NCBI GenBank assembly: GCA_964590395.1 | Contig: CAZPVT010000006.1 | Coordinates: 4,093 to 68,092 of the forward strand | Direction of reading: 5' to 3' | DNA from: an uncultured bacterium | GTDB taxonomy: Bacteria; Hydrothermota; Tepidihabitantia; Tepidihabitantales; Tepidihabitantaceae | DNA: 64,000 nucleotides | Shown here: one piece after another, positions 52,015 to 61,516 of the stretch | Layout of the letters: each line of letters opens with the position of its first letter | How positions within the stretch are numbered: the stretch's first letter is position 1 | Position numbers and translations under genes: made by a program | The notes under the pieces: generated by a model | Database searches by the model: none | What the model was told of the DNA's origin: nothing | Seen by the model: only the letters and a program-made list of their open reading frames with translations

Positions 52015-52635
52015 TTAAACTATCTTCAAAAGCAGAAAGTAAATACCGGTGATGATGGATAGGATCCGGGCAGTGGTGCGAATCAGTTCAAACCGGGCAA
52101 GGTAACCAAAAAGAACGAGCGGCAGAAAATAGATCGAGGTGGCAAGGAAGAAGAGAAGAAAGAAAATAACACCATTTAGGATGCCGGCAAACTCCAACAC
52201 ATTGACAAAAGCTAAAAGAAACGGGGGACAGGGGCTGATACCTACGAGCAAACCTAATAGAAGTAGAAATTGGGTGGATTCAAAATGGGGTTTAAGAAAA
52301 CGGCAGGGTGTAAAGCGAGCAAATGGGTCAAGACCGGTTATACCGTATAGTATTAGAATAATGGCAAACAGGATATAAAGTACCGGAATTATTACCTGCC
52401 GGAAAAGTGGATAACGAATTAAATTGGCACCCAGCATCCCGGCAATGAAACCGATAAGCAGGTAGGCAATGAGTCTGCCCAAGAGAAATATCAACACCCT
52501 CCGAAAAGAGTTGCTGATACCTGAAGTTCTGGTACCCGCCAGTGCGGGCAGGGTGATCGGCAAGCAGTAGCCAAAGCAGGATAAACCGGTTGAAAGTCCG
52601 AGCGCAATTACCCGGTAGAGAAGCAGCTGGCTCAC
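52015..52635 (-). CDS. polytopic membrane protein, DsbD_2/CcdA-like thiol-disulfide transporter family (tentative)
   Basis: At least six hydrophobic segments with Cys in TM1 (LSCFGYCLP) and in a GISPCPPF segment. Confidence 0.4.
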   Translation of the reverse strand: MSQLLLYRVIALGLSTGLSCFGYCLPITLPALAGTRTSGISNSFRRVLIFLLGRLIAYLLIGFIAGMLGANLIRYPLFRQVIIPVLYILFAIILILYGITGLDPFARFTPCRFLKPHFESTQFLLLLGLLVGISPCPPFLLAFVNVLEFAGILNGVIFFLLFFLATSIYFLPLVLFGYLARFELIRTTARILSIITGIYFLLLKIV

Positions 52636-53063
52636 CGCCGGATCACCAGACCGGGATCGATTTTTACCGTGGCGGTCCGGACACCCGGAGTGTTAAGAAG
52701 AGTGTCAAGGACTGCATTGCCGATCTCCGGGATATAGGGACAGTCGGGAGTGGTCAAGCCCAGCACCACCCGGATGTTGCCCGCGGTATCATAGTTAAGC
52801 GATTCCAGAAGTCCAAATTGCAGGATGCTAACGGAAAATTCCGGATCCAAAACCGTGCCCAGACGGTAAAGAAGAACTGTTGAGTCAGGAGCTGTCTTCA
52901 GAAATGGATAGCGACCAGTGCCTTCAAGGATAAAGTGTTTTATTGACTTGCTACCGAGGCGCAGGTAATGGGGCAAAATGGTCAGGGTGATGCCGGCAAG
53001 TAAGAAGAAAATTATCAGCAAGGGCCGAAGAATACGCTGGTAACAGTAACCGTCTTTGACCAC
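52632..53063 (-). CDS. membrane-anchored DUF59 (MIP18/SufT-like Fe-S assembly) domain protein
   Basis: N-terminal TM helix, then VLDPEF...VVLGLTTPDCPYIPEI..V..L DUF59 signature. Confidence 0.45.
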   Translation of the reverse strand: MVKDGYCYQRILRPLLIIFFLLAGITLTILPHYLRLGSKSIKHFILEGTGRYPFLKTAPDSTVLLYRLGTVLDPEFSVSILQFGLLESLNYDTAGNIRVVLGLTTPDCPYIPEIGNAVLDTLLNTPGVRTATVKIDPGLVIRR

Positions 53064-53148
53064 AGAAATATTTTAACAACGGAATTTTTTGAAGTAAATT
53101 ATTACCGAACAGAGTTGACAAAAGAAAGGTTTGATCTATGCTTGAATT

Positions 53149-53433
53149 ATGAGTGAAAAGGCATCGTTTCTTGCACTTGTTTCCGGTCGGGTACAAGGAG
53201 TTTTCTTCCGGATGTTTGTAATGAAGGAAGCAAGAACGCTGGGGCTTGCAGGCAGGGTCCGCAATCTGCCCGACAGCAGAGTTGAGGTGATTGCAGAGGG
53301 CGACAAGGACAGGCTGGTAAAACTGACCGAAAAACTACATCTGGGACCACCGGGCGCAATTGTGGAAAAAGTGCAGGTAGAATGGGACGAGTACCGGCAC
53401 GAGTATGACGATTTTCAGATTGACTACCGGTAA
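53149..53433 (+). CDS. acyP: acylphosphatase
   Basis: VSGRVQGVFFR signature, 94 aa. Confidence 0.85.
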   Translation: MSEKASFLALVSGRVQGVFFRMFVMKEARTLGLAGRVRNLPDSRVEVIAEGDKDRLVKLTEKLHLGPPGAIVEKVQVEWDEYRHEYDDFQIDYR

Positions 53434-53439
53434 AAAATT

Positions 53440-54540
53440 ATGAGCGGATGGTGTGAAGCAGATAAGCGGTTTATGACGGAGGCGCTGGAGTTGGCGTTTA
53501 AAGGCTGCGGTTTTGTCTCGCCAAACCCAATGGTAGGAGCGGTGGTGGTAAAGGATGGCAAGGTGGTCGGCAGAGGTTATCATCAGCGTTACGGCGCTGA
53601 ACATGCCGAAGTGATGGCAATCAAAAATGCTGGGGCAAAAGCACGAGGCGCAACCCTTTATGTAACAATGGAACCCTGCTGTTTTCAGGGCAAGACACCC
53701 GCCTGTACCGACGGTATTAAACAGGCAGGTATCAAAAGGGTGGTCGCGGCAATGATTGACCCTAACCCAAGGGTCAACGGTAAAGGGCTCAGGTGTTTGC
53801 GCCAGATAGGAATTGAGGTGAAAGTCGGCCTTCTGGAAAAGGAGGCGCGCCGGCTGAACGAGGCTTATATCATCTATATGACTGAACATCGGCCGTTTGT
53901 GATGTTAAAAGTGGCAATGAGTCTGGACAGTATGATGGCAACCGAAGATGGTGAATCCCAGTGGATCACGGGCGAACGGGCAAGAGCAGCCGGACAGTTT
54001 CTGCGCCTGATCGCTGATGCGGTACTGGTTGGAGTGAACACTGTGCTTGCAGATGACCCGAGGTTGACCTGCCGGCTGGTTGATGGTAAAAGACTTTTAA
54101 GGGTGGTGCTGGACTCTGCTCTGCGCATAAAGCCAACCGCCCGGATTTTCACTGAACCGGGCAGGGTGATAATCTTCACCGCCAGCCAGCAGGAGCGGAA
54201 GATTCGCGGACTGGAAAAATGTGGCGCTGAGGTGGTGCGGGTGAGGGAGGAAAAAAGAGGCAGGTTGAGTTGGCAGGATATGCTGAATGAACTTTTTCAT
54301 CGCCAGATTATGGCGGTGCTGATTGAAGGCGGAGCAACCGTGGTTTCATCAGCGCTTGAATCAGGAGTGGTTGACAAGGCATACTTCTTTCAGTCACCAA
54401 AAGTGCTCGGTCCAGGTAAACTGTTTAGCGGGGGAATGAACTCCCGGACCTTAAAGGGCGCCCTGGTGTTGAAGGATGTCCGGCACATCGAACTGGGTGA
54501 AGATATACTGACCGAGGGTTATGTTTACCGGTTTAGTTGA
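53440..54540 (+). CDS. ribD: bifunctional riboflavin biosynthesis deaminase/reductase
   Basis: CMP/dCMP deaminase zinc motif (HAEVMAI ... EPCCFQGKTPAC), then a RibD_C reductase domain. Confidence 0.9.
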   Translation: MSGWCEADKRFMTEALELAFKGCGFVSPNPMVGAVVVKDGKVVGRGYHQRYGAEHAEVMAIKNAGAKARGATLYVTMEPCCFQGKTPACTDGIKQAGIKRVVAAMIDPNPRVNGKGLRCLRQIGIEVKVGLLEKEARRLNEAYIIYMTEHRPFVMLKVAMSLDSMMATEDGESQWITGERARAAGQFLRLIADAVLVGVNTVLADDPRLTCRLVDGKRLLRVVLDSALRIKPTARIFTEPGRVIIFTASQQERKIRGLEKCGAEVVRVREEKRGRLSWQDMLNELFHRQIMAVLIEGGATVVSSALESGVVDKAYFFQSPKVLGPGKLFSGGMNSRTLKGALVLKDVRHIELGEDILTEGYVYRFS

Positions 54541-55117
54541 AACGGTCGGAGTTGTCCGCCAAGTTAGGAGCCGGGCTAATAACCGACTGCTAACGATTGA
54601 AACCGATTTTGCCCCCGAGTTGCAGATCGGTGAAAGCGTGACGGTTCAGGGTTGCTGTCTTACGGTAACTGATGTCAGCAAAAGGCGGTTTGAGGTAGAG
54701 GTAACCAAGAAGACATTAACCGCCACCACCTTAGGCATGCTCTCCCCTGAAATGCTGGTAAATCTGGAACGGGCGCTGAAGATGGGCGACCGCATCGGTG
54801 GCCATATGGTTTTAGGACACATAGATGAGGTGGGCAGGATAAAACGGTTAATAAAACGGAGTGGGGAGACCGAGGTGATAATCGGGATCGACCCAAAAAA
54901 CGCCCGGCTGGTTGTGCCCAAAGGTTCAGTTGCAATTGATGGTGTAAGTCTGACCGTGCAAAAGGTTGGCAGTGCGGAGTTCAGCGTCAACCTTATTCCG
55001 TTCACCGGCGAAAGGACAACATTAAAAACCTGGCGCACCGGCATACCGGTGAACATCGAGTATGACATCATCGTCAAGTCTGCTCAGCAATTATCGGGTC
55101 CGAATCCGCGAATGTAA
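54521..55117 (+). CDS. ribE: riboflavin synthase (alpha subunit)
   Basis: MFTGLVETVG N-terminus with duplicated lumazine-binding repeats. Confidence 0.9.
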   Translation: MFTGLVETVGVVRQVRSRANNRLLTIETDFAPELQIGESVTVQGCCLTVTDVSKRRFEVEVTKKTLTATTLGMLSPEMLVNLERALKMGDRIGGHMVLGHIDEVGRIKRLIKRSGETEVIIGIDPKNARLVVPKGSVAIDGVSLTVQKVGSAEFSVNLIPFTGERTTLKTWRTGIPVNIEYDIIVKSAQQLSGPNPRM

Positions 55118-55889
55118 ATCAGCCCTGAACCGCACCGGTATTCCCGGCGGCGACTACTGTCTCAATCCCTATCTTGGCTGTACCCATAACTGCCTTTACT
55201 GTTACGCCAGTTTTATGCTTCGGCACCACCGGTTAAATGAACCCTGGGGCTCGTTTGTGGAAGCGAAGATCAATCTGCCGTTGGTATTAAAAAAGGAGGC
55301 GAAGCGCACCGGCAGGGTACTTTTGGGCACAGTGTGTGACCCATATCAACCTGCAGAGGCGAGCTTTTATCTGACTCGAAAATCCCTGCTGATTATGGGA
55401 GAGGCGGGGTATCAGGTGGAGGTGATGACCAAATCGGATTTGATTTTACGGGACATTGAAATACTAACAAGGTTCACCGGATTCAGCGTGGAGTTTTCCA
55501 TCACCACACTCGACGAAAATGTAGCAAAAGTTTTTGAACCTGGTGCCTCGTCACCAGCAAGGCGGTTAAATGCGATTGCCCAGCTGATCAAAGTAGGGGT
55601 ACCGACCACCGTTTTCTTTGGACCGGTCCTGCCTGGATTTTCTGATTCCCTTAAGACAATGGTTGAAATACTGAACGCACTAAAGGGCGTGGGAGTAAAA
55701 TATGTGCTGATTGATAAAATGAACTACATCAGCGAGAAGATAGATCGAATCGCACCGGTGTTGAATTCAGAAAAACGCCAACTTTACCGCCTCATTTCCG
55801 TCCATCCCTTGCGCTACACTGCAGAACTGCGAGCAAGGGCAGAACAGGCAATCCGAAAGACCGGAATTAACGGCAAAATCATCTTTTGA
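55062..55889 (+). CDS. radical SAM protein (SPL/DNA-photolyase-like family)
   Basis: C-x3-C-x2-C (CTHNCLYC) cluster motif near the N-terminus. The start is uncertain because the ATG at 55062 overlaps ribE by 56 nt. Confidence 0.6.
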   Translation: MTSSSSLLSNYRVRIRECKSALNRTGIPGGDYCLNPYLGCTHNCLYCYASFMLRHHRLNEPWGSFVEAKINLPLVLKKEAKRTGRVLLGTVCDPYQPAEASFYLTRKSLLIMGEAGYQVEVMTKSDLILRDIEILTRFTGFSVEFSITTLDENVAKVFEPGASSPARRLNAIAQLIKVGVPTTVFFGPVLPGFSDSLKTMVEILNALKGVGVKYVLIDKMNYISEKIDRIAPVLNSEKRQLYRLISVHPLRYTAELRARAEQAIRKTGINGKIIF

Positions 55890-55924
55890 TTGACCGGGGA
55901 AAATATTAAAATAAAATTGAGCAA

Positions 55925-57175
55925 ATGGATTTAAAACTGATTCGCGAGAACCATGCTGAGGTACGGCGGATGCTTAAACTGCGCCGGAGTCCGGCTGACA
56001 TTGAGGAGATCCTGAAACTGGATGAAAAACGGCGCCGATTGATAAAAGAACGGGATGAGTTGCGCCATAAACAGAAGAATGTTTCTGAAACTGTTGCCCA
56101 GTTAAAACGAGAAAAAAGGGAAGACCCGGAGATTTTAGCCCTGGCAAAAGCGCTCTCTGAGCAGGTAAAACAGATTGAGGAGGAGCTTAAGGTAATCGAG
56201 GAGGAGCAGGAGCGGCTGGTTAATCTTTTACCCAATCGGATTCACAGTTCGGTTAACGAAGAGGAGGAGATTATTACTCAATGGGGAGAACTACCAAAGT
56301 TTGATTTTGCACCACTGGCACACTGGGACCTAACCGAGACACTCGGGATCGTGAATTTCGCTACCGCAGCAAGACTTGCCGGATCCAGATTTGTACTTTT
56401 CCAGGGACTGGGAGTAGCACTGGAAAGAGCGCTGATTAACTTCTTCCTCGATACAGCAATCCGAAAATACGGCTATTTCGAAATCGCACCGCCCCTGCTT
56501 GCCAACTATGCAACCCTTTTCACTGCTGGCCAACTACCCAATCTGGAATCGGAGATGTACCTCGTTAAGGAGGAAAACCTGTATCTAATCCCCACCGCTG
56601 AACCACAACTGGTGGCTTATTTCCGAGAAGAAATAATCGATGAGTCACAACTACCGGTGAAGTTAGTTGCGTATACCCCCTGTTTTCGGCGGGAGGCAGG
56701 CTCCTATGGCCGGGATGTCCGTGGTATGATCCGGGTGCACCAGTTTGATAAAGTGGAACTGGTCCGATTAACCAAACCAGAAGAGTCCTACGCCACGCTG
56801 GAGGAGATGCGTAAAGAGGTAGAAAGTCTGTTGCAGGCGCTTGAACTTCCCTATCGGGTGAAACGGCTTGCTGCCTGGGATATCGCATTTCAGTCTGCCA
56901 AAACTTATGACCTTGAGGTTTATGCCGCGGGCTGTAACCGGTGGCTGGAGGTATCGTCTATATCCAACTGCGAGGACTTTCAGACCCGGCGGGGCAGAAT
57001 TCGGGTGCGGATAAAAGATGGCAAAAGTTATTTTCCTCATGCACTGAACGGCTCGGCACTTGCCTTGCCCAGAACATTTATCGCCATCGTAGAAAACTAT
57101 CAGCAGAAAGATGGCTCTGTACTCGTCCCTAAGGTATTAAGACCTTACCTGGACGGACTGGAACGCATCTCTTGA
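55925..57175 (+). CDS. serS: serine--tRNA ligase
   Basis: N-terminal coiled-coil arm plus a class II catalytic core. 416 aa. Confidence 0.95.
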   Translation: MDLKLIRENHAEVRRMLKLRRSPADIEEILKLDEKRRRLIKERDELRHKQKNVSETVAQLKREKREDPEILALAKALSEQVKQIEEELKVIEEEQERLVNLLPNRIHSSVNEEEEIITQWGELPKFDFAPLAHWDLTETLGIVNFATAARLAGSRFVLFQGLGVALERALINFFLDTAIRKYGYFEIAPPLLANYATLFTAGQLPNLESEMYLVKEENLYLIPTAEPQLVAYFREEIIDESQLPVKLVAYTPCFRREAGSYGRDVRGMIRVHQFDKVELVRLTKPEESYATLEEMRKEVESLLQALELPYRVKRLAAWDIAFQSAKTYDLEVYAAGCNRWLEVSSISNCEDFQTRRGRIRVRIKDGKSYFPHALNGSALALPRTFIAIVENYQQKDGSVLVPKVLRPYLDGLERIS

Positions 57176-57563
57176 TTTTTAGTTTGAAACCCTGAGGTAA
57201 AAGTTGTTTTAAACGCAGTTTTTTTAGACGCCCCTCGGTAGCGAGGATGATTAAAGGATTTCGGCCAAACTCCCTTATCACTTGGCAGCAGGCACCGCAG
57301 GGAGGTGTGAACTCTACAGTTGGGGTGAATACAAGTACCGCCCTGATCCTTCTTTCCCCCGCACTGACCGCCTGAAATATCGCCACCCGTTCCGCACACA
57401 CAGTCAACCCCAGTGAGGCGTTTTCAATATTTACCCCGGTAAAGACACTTCCCCTACCCGTCAACACCGCAGCGGAAACTTTAAAACCGGAGTAAGGTGC
57501 ATAGGCATTTTTAACTGCCTCGCGGGCAGCGGTCAAAAGCAGTTTAATCTCATTTCTATTCAC
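57129..57563 (-). CDS. cdd: cytidine deaminase
   Basis: CAER and PCGACCQ zinc-binding motifs. Confidence 0.8.
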   Translation of the reverse strand: MNRNEIKLLLTAAREAVKNAYAPYSGFKVSAAVLTGRGSVFTGVNIENASLGLTVCAERVAIFQAVSAGERRIRAVLVFTPTVEFTPPCGACCQVIREFGRNPLIILATEGRLKKLRLKQLLPQGFKLKIKRCVPVRPGKVLIP

Positions 57564-57574
57564 CCCACCCTCCT

Positions 57575-58750
57575 TTACCGGGCGATAACCCCCCAGAAAC
57601 TAACCCCTGCTGGGGTGGGCTTGACTCCCAGATATTCTGCCGCGGTCGTGCCAAGGTCAGCAAAACTCTCTCTTGTACCCAGGTCTATTCCAGGTTTGAC
57701 CAATTTGCCGTAGACTAAAAGTGGCACATACTCCCGCGAGTGATCGGTTGATGGAGTAGTCGGATCACAACCATGGTCAGCAGTAATGAAAAGTAAATCA
57801 TCGGATTGTAGTCGATTTAAAATATCAGTCAGTGCGTAGTCAAACTCCATAAGTCCACGGGCAAATGAATGGAGGTCGTTACGGTGTCCCCAATCCATAT
57901 CAAATTGCACCAGATTGGTAAACACCAGTCCGGGCTTGGGTTTATCAAGAACCTCCTTCAAGATAGTTAAACAATCATCATTTTTAACCGTGTGGTGAGT
58001 TTCAGTTAGCCCCTGACCGGCAAAAAGATCATCTATCTTGCCGATGCCAATGACCGCAAGGCCGGCAGATTTGATGTTATCAAGCAGGGTCGGTTGGGGT
58101 GGAGGGCAGGAGAAGTCCTTGCGTTCCGGTGTCCGATAAAATGAATCGGGTTTACCGGCGAATGGGCGGGCGATCACCCGGGCAACGCGGTATGGCCCAT
58201 CCAGCAACCTTCGTGCAGTTGTACAGATCCGGTAGAGTTCTGGCACCGGGATAATGTCAACATGCGCCGCCACCTGAAATACACTATCGGCTGAAGTGTA
58301 AACAATCGGCGACCCGGTACGTAGATGCTCCTCTCCCAGCCGATTGATGATCTCGGTACCAGAAGCGGGAATGTTACCCAAGACCTTCCTACCGATCTGT
58401 TCTTCAAATCGCTGGATCAAATCCCAAGGAAAGCCATCAGGGAAAACCGGAAACGGCTGGTCGGTAATCACCCCGGCAATTTCCCAGTGACCGATAGTTG
58501 AATCCTTGCCGAGAGAACGTTCTCCCATTTTGCCAAATGAAGCAAGTGGTCTTTCAGCCGGTGGTACACCGGCAATAGAGATAATATTACCTAAGCCGAG
58601 ACGGGCGAGGTTGGACAGAGTTATACCACCGATTGCCGTAGCAAGGTTGACAATAGTATTGGAACCACAATCGTGGAAACGGTCTGCATCTGGTAACTCA
58701 CCACAACCGACACCATCAAGAACAATAATAATAACACGGCGCTGGAACAT
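57575..58750 (-). CDS. deoB: phosphopentomutase
   Basis: IIIVLDGVGCGELPDA N-terminus, alkaline-phosphatase superfamily. 391 aa. Confidence 0.9.
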   Translation of the reverse strand: MFQRRVIIIVLDGVGCGELPDADRFHDCGSNTIVNLATAIGGITLSNLARLGLGNIISIAGVPPAERPLASFGKMGERSLGKDSTIGHWEIAGVITDQPFPVFPDGFPWDLIQRFEEQIGRKVLGNIPASGTEIINRLGEEHLRTGSPIVYTSADSVFQVAAHVDIIPVPELYRICTTARRLLDGPYRVARVIARPFAGKPDSFYRTPERKDFSCPPPQPTLLDNIKSAGLAVIGIGKIDDLFAGQGLTETHHTVKNDDCLTILKEVLDKPKPGLVFTNLVQFDMDWGHRNDLHSFARGLMEFDYALTDILNRLQSDDLLFITADHGCDPTTPSTDHSREYVPLLVYGKLVKPGIDLGTRESFADLGTTAAEYLGVKPTPAGVSFWGVIAR

Positions 58751-58761
58751 TGGGCTTTAAA

Positions 58762-58843
58762 TGCCGGGGACAGGATTTGAACCTGCATGCCGTGAAGCAC
58801 ATGGCCCTCAACCATGCGTGTCTGCCAATTCCACCACCCCGGC
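58762..58843 (-). tRNA. tRNA-Leu (anticodon GAG), long variable arm
   Basis: Minus-strand GCCGGGGTGGTGGAATTGGCAGACACGCATGGTTGAGGGCCATG...GGTTCAAATCCTGTCCCCGGCA. Type II tRNA. Confidence 0.85.
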
Positions 58844-59351
58844 GAAATCAGACTCAACTATTATAGAAACAATCTGTCTCCTGTCAATCTTGGAAAATCT
58901 CAGCCTCTCTTTGTCAGTTTACCTCCACGAATTGTCAAAAAGAACAAAAGCAAACCTTTGCGCCCTAATTTCAAACGCCTTTTCAGGTTTGCCCTCATAT
59001 TTAAATCGGCAAAATCACCCTCGCTTAACCCAACCACAAATCTCAGAAGAGCTATAAAACCCGTAGTGGTGGGGGGGACATGCCCTTGGGAAGAAAGGCG
59101 ATAAACCAAAAACTCATTAACTAATTGCCAATGCGTGCCTTACAGCAAGTTTGCCAATAACACTTCAAATATCTCCGTTAATTTTCTAAAGATTCCGGCT
59201 CTAAATGATAGGGGGCGAATGGCTAAAATTACCTCCTGAGGAATACCTTTTTCATCTTTCCATTGCCCGTTTTGCATTTTGCCTTGAACATTGCATAAGC
59301 CTCTGGCTCTAAATGAGGAAAGGCATCCTTATTAACGAGCGGATGTCATAC

Positions 59352-59379
59352 TTGACAAAAATCCTTTCAGCTGTATAAT
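59352..59379 (+). promoter_or_regulatory. consensus sigma70-type promoter (TTGACA-16-TATAAT) with no downstream ORF
   Basis: Exact -35 and -10 hexamers with a TG dinucleotide immediately preceding the -10. It points into an ORF-less region and then antisense to the 59577..60458 gene. Confidence 0.4.
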
Positions 59380-59576
59380 GTGGTGCTACCTGAGTGCCAC
59401 TGGCTTGGGCAGCTGATTCTGTTAAGGGAAAACAAAGGGAGGACAAAATAAGGAAGGATATTGTCATACGCCGATTTATTTGTTTTTTGATTGAAAGGGA
59501 TTTTCATAACCATTATTAATGGGCTCGCTGTCGATTAGTTAGTATCTGCTGAATTTTATCGTGAAGTTGGTTCTGG

Positions 59577-60458
59577 CTAACCGCTGAGTTTAGACGTGTA
59601 ATTTTGAAATTGTGTTTGCAGACGGCGGGTTATTGGTCCGGGTCTGCCATCAGCAACTGGTTTGCCATTTACTGATATAACCGGCACAATTTCCCAGGTG
59701 GTGCTGGTGACAAAGATTTCATCCAGTTCTGGAATTTCTTTTTCTGCAACCGGGTTTTCGGCAACCGGCAGATTGAGTTGATGGCATAGTTCAATAACAA
59801 CATTTCGGGTGACACCAGGCAAAATGTGATTGTTAAGCGGGTGGGTAAAGATAACACCTTTTTTGACAGTGAAGAGGTTGGTGTGTGTTCCTTCGGTGAG
59901 GTTGCCTTCGCGAACAAAGATTGCCTCGTCCGCACCCGCTTCTGCTGCTGCCTGACGGGCAAGGACACTGGGTAGAAGTCCGATGGATTTGATGTCGCAG
60001 CGCTGCCAGCGGATGTCAGGGACGGTGATTGCCCTGATGCCCTGGTCTGCCTCGGCCTCTGGCGGGACAATCGGCATTACCGAGATGTAGAGTGTGGGGA
60101 TAATCCCCCCGGGCGGGAAGAGCAAATTGCGTCCCCAGATTCCACGGGTTGCCTGAATATAGAAAAACACATCTCTTTCCTGGAGTTGATTGCGCTCTAA
60201 TAACTGGAGGCAGATTTCACCAATGGCATCAACATCAGGAAGTTGAATCCTGATTGCGGCGAGGCTGTTTTTAAACCTTGTCAGGTGGTCGTGGACCCGA
60301 AAGAGTTTGCCCGCATAAGTGCGCATAACTTCATAGACGCCATCGGCAAAATAAAAACCACGGTCATCAGGAGAGATGTGCGCCTGTTTCTTGGGGAGAA
60401 TTGCGCCGAGAGGGTTTTCTGCCGAGCGGAGATAGCAGAAATCGCTGGTTTCGTTCAT
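59577..60458 (-). CDS. class IV aminotransferase (BCAT / D-amino-acid aminotransferase / ADC lyase family)
   Basis: Fold-type IV PLP enzyme pattern (FYFADGVYEVMRTY... lysine region, ...EGTHTNLF). Confidence 0.7.
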   Translation of the reverse strand: MNETSDFCYLRSAENPLGAILPKKQAHISPDDRGFYFADGVYEVMRTYAGKLFRVHDHLTRFKNSLAAIRIQLPDVDAIGEICLQLLERNQLQERDVFFYIQATRGIWGRNLLFPPGGIIPTLYISVMPIVPPEAEADQGIRAITVPDIRWQRCDIKSIGLLPSVLARQAAAEAGADEAIFVREGNLTEGTHTNLFTVKKGVIFTHPLNNHILPGVTRNVVIELCHQLNLPVAENPVAEKEIPELDEIFVTSTTWEIVPVISVNGKPVADGRPGPITRRLQTQFQNYTSKLSG

Positions 60459-60538
60459 GGCAATAATTTATTTGCGGACGAGGATAAGTCAATAGTTGAA
60501 ATCAAGGTTTGATACCATAGGCTTATGTGTAAGTTTTT

Positions 60539-61378
60539 ATGCGTATAAGAATTATCGGTGCGGAATCTTTTGGGGTGAGGAGTATGTGCTGTGTTGTTGA
60601 AACCGCCAGCCGACGGGTGGTAATTGACCCCGGTGTTGCACTGGCGCCTTTGCGTTTTGGTCTGCCACCCCATCCGGTGGAACTGAAAAGGGCGGAAGCA
60701 ATCCGTGAAGAAATTTTATTGGAGATTGGTCAGGCAACCGATATTGTGGTCAGCCATTTTCATGGTGACCATACACCATTAGCAACACCAGACCCATCAC
60801 AGCTATTACTATCAGAATTTGCTAAGCAATTGGGCGCGGCTAAAATCTGGATTAAGAGCCGTCACGGAAACACGAAATTGATGGACAAGAGGTATGGGGA
60901 TTTTGTGCATCTATTTGGCGATAGGGCTTTGGATGCCGATGGTAAGGATGATGGCGAACTTGCCTTTTCTCTGCCGGTGCTGCATGGGAAGAAAGGAAGA
61001 GGAAAGGTGATGATGACCAGGGTTGTTGATAGAGGCTCGGTTTTTGTTCATGGCTCAGATATTCAACTTCTTGATGATGAGGCTGTTGCCCAAATAATAA
61101 CCTGGAAACCAGATGTTGTCTTTGTTGATGGACCTCCGGTGTATCTCGGATTGCCCATTTGCGAGCGAGAGCGGGCGATTACAAGCGGGCGGCAACTGGC
61201 GAAGATGGTTCACAGGGTTATTATTGACCATCACCTTTTGCGTAGTCAAGACGGACTGTACTGGCTCAGGCAATTAGGTGAGGAAAGCGGCGGTCGGGTG
61301 ATGTCAGCTGCTGACTGGGAGGGGGGAAGACCGTTGCTCTTGGAGGCGCAGCGTCGGTCGCTGTTTCGCAGTAGTTAA
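60539..61378 (+). CDS. MBL-fold metallo-hydrolase
   Basis: VVSHFHGDHTPL metal-binding motif. Confidence 0.7.
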   Translation: MRIRIIGAESFGVRSMCCVVETASRRVVIDPGVALAPLRFGLPPHPVELKRAEAIREEILLEIGQATDIVVSHFHGDHTPLATPDPSQLLLSEFAKQLGAAKIWIKSRHGNTKLMDKRYGDFVHLFGDRALDADGKDDGELAFSLPVLHGKKGRGKVMMTRVVDRGSVFVHGSDIQLLDDEAVAQIITWKPDVVFVDGPPVYLGLPICERERAITSGRQLAKMVHRVIIDHHLLRSQDGLYWLRQLGEESGGRVMSAADWEGGRPLLLEAQRRSLFRSS

Positions 61379-61516
61379 TCAGCAATAATTGGCGTTCATT
61401 GTTGACATTTATTGATTACGAGATATAATATAATTGAATCTGCGGGTATAAAGATGTTTGGGCATAATTGGGTTACATTCCGGAAAGGTTTTAATTGAAA
61501 AACAGAAGGAGGTGGC

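Noticed and set aside
58621-59109. ORFs overlapping tRNA-Leu and the downstream non-coding region (58621..58857 -, 58761..59057 +, 58814..59104 +, 58900..59109 -)
   Set aside because: They overlap the tRNA-Leu gene or the AT-rich intergenic sequence. They have no RBS and no coding periodicity apparent by eye, and their predicted proteins are low-complexity.
58844-59576. Possibility that the ORF-less 730-nt region encodes RNase P RNA or SRP RNA
   Set aside because: I found no GGAAAGUCCGGGCU / ACAGAAUCCGGCUUA (RNase P) and no GGUCAGGUCCGGAAGGAAGCAGC (SRP domain IV) consensus blocks on either strand. Only a loosely similar UUCCGGCUCUA string is present.
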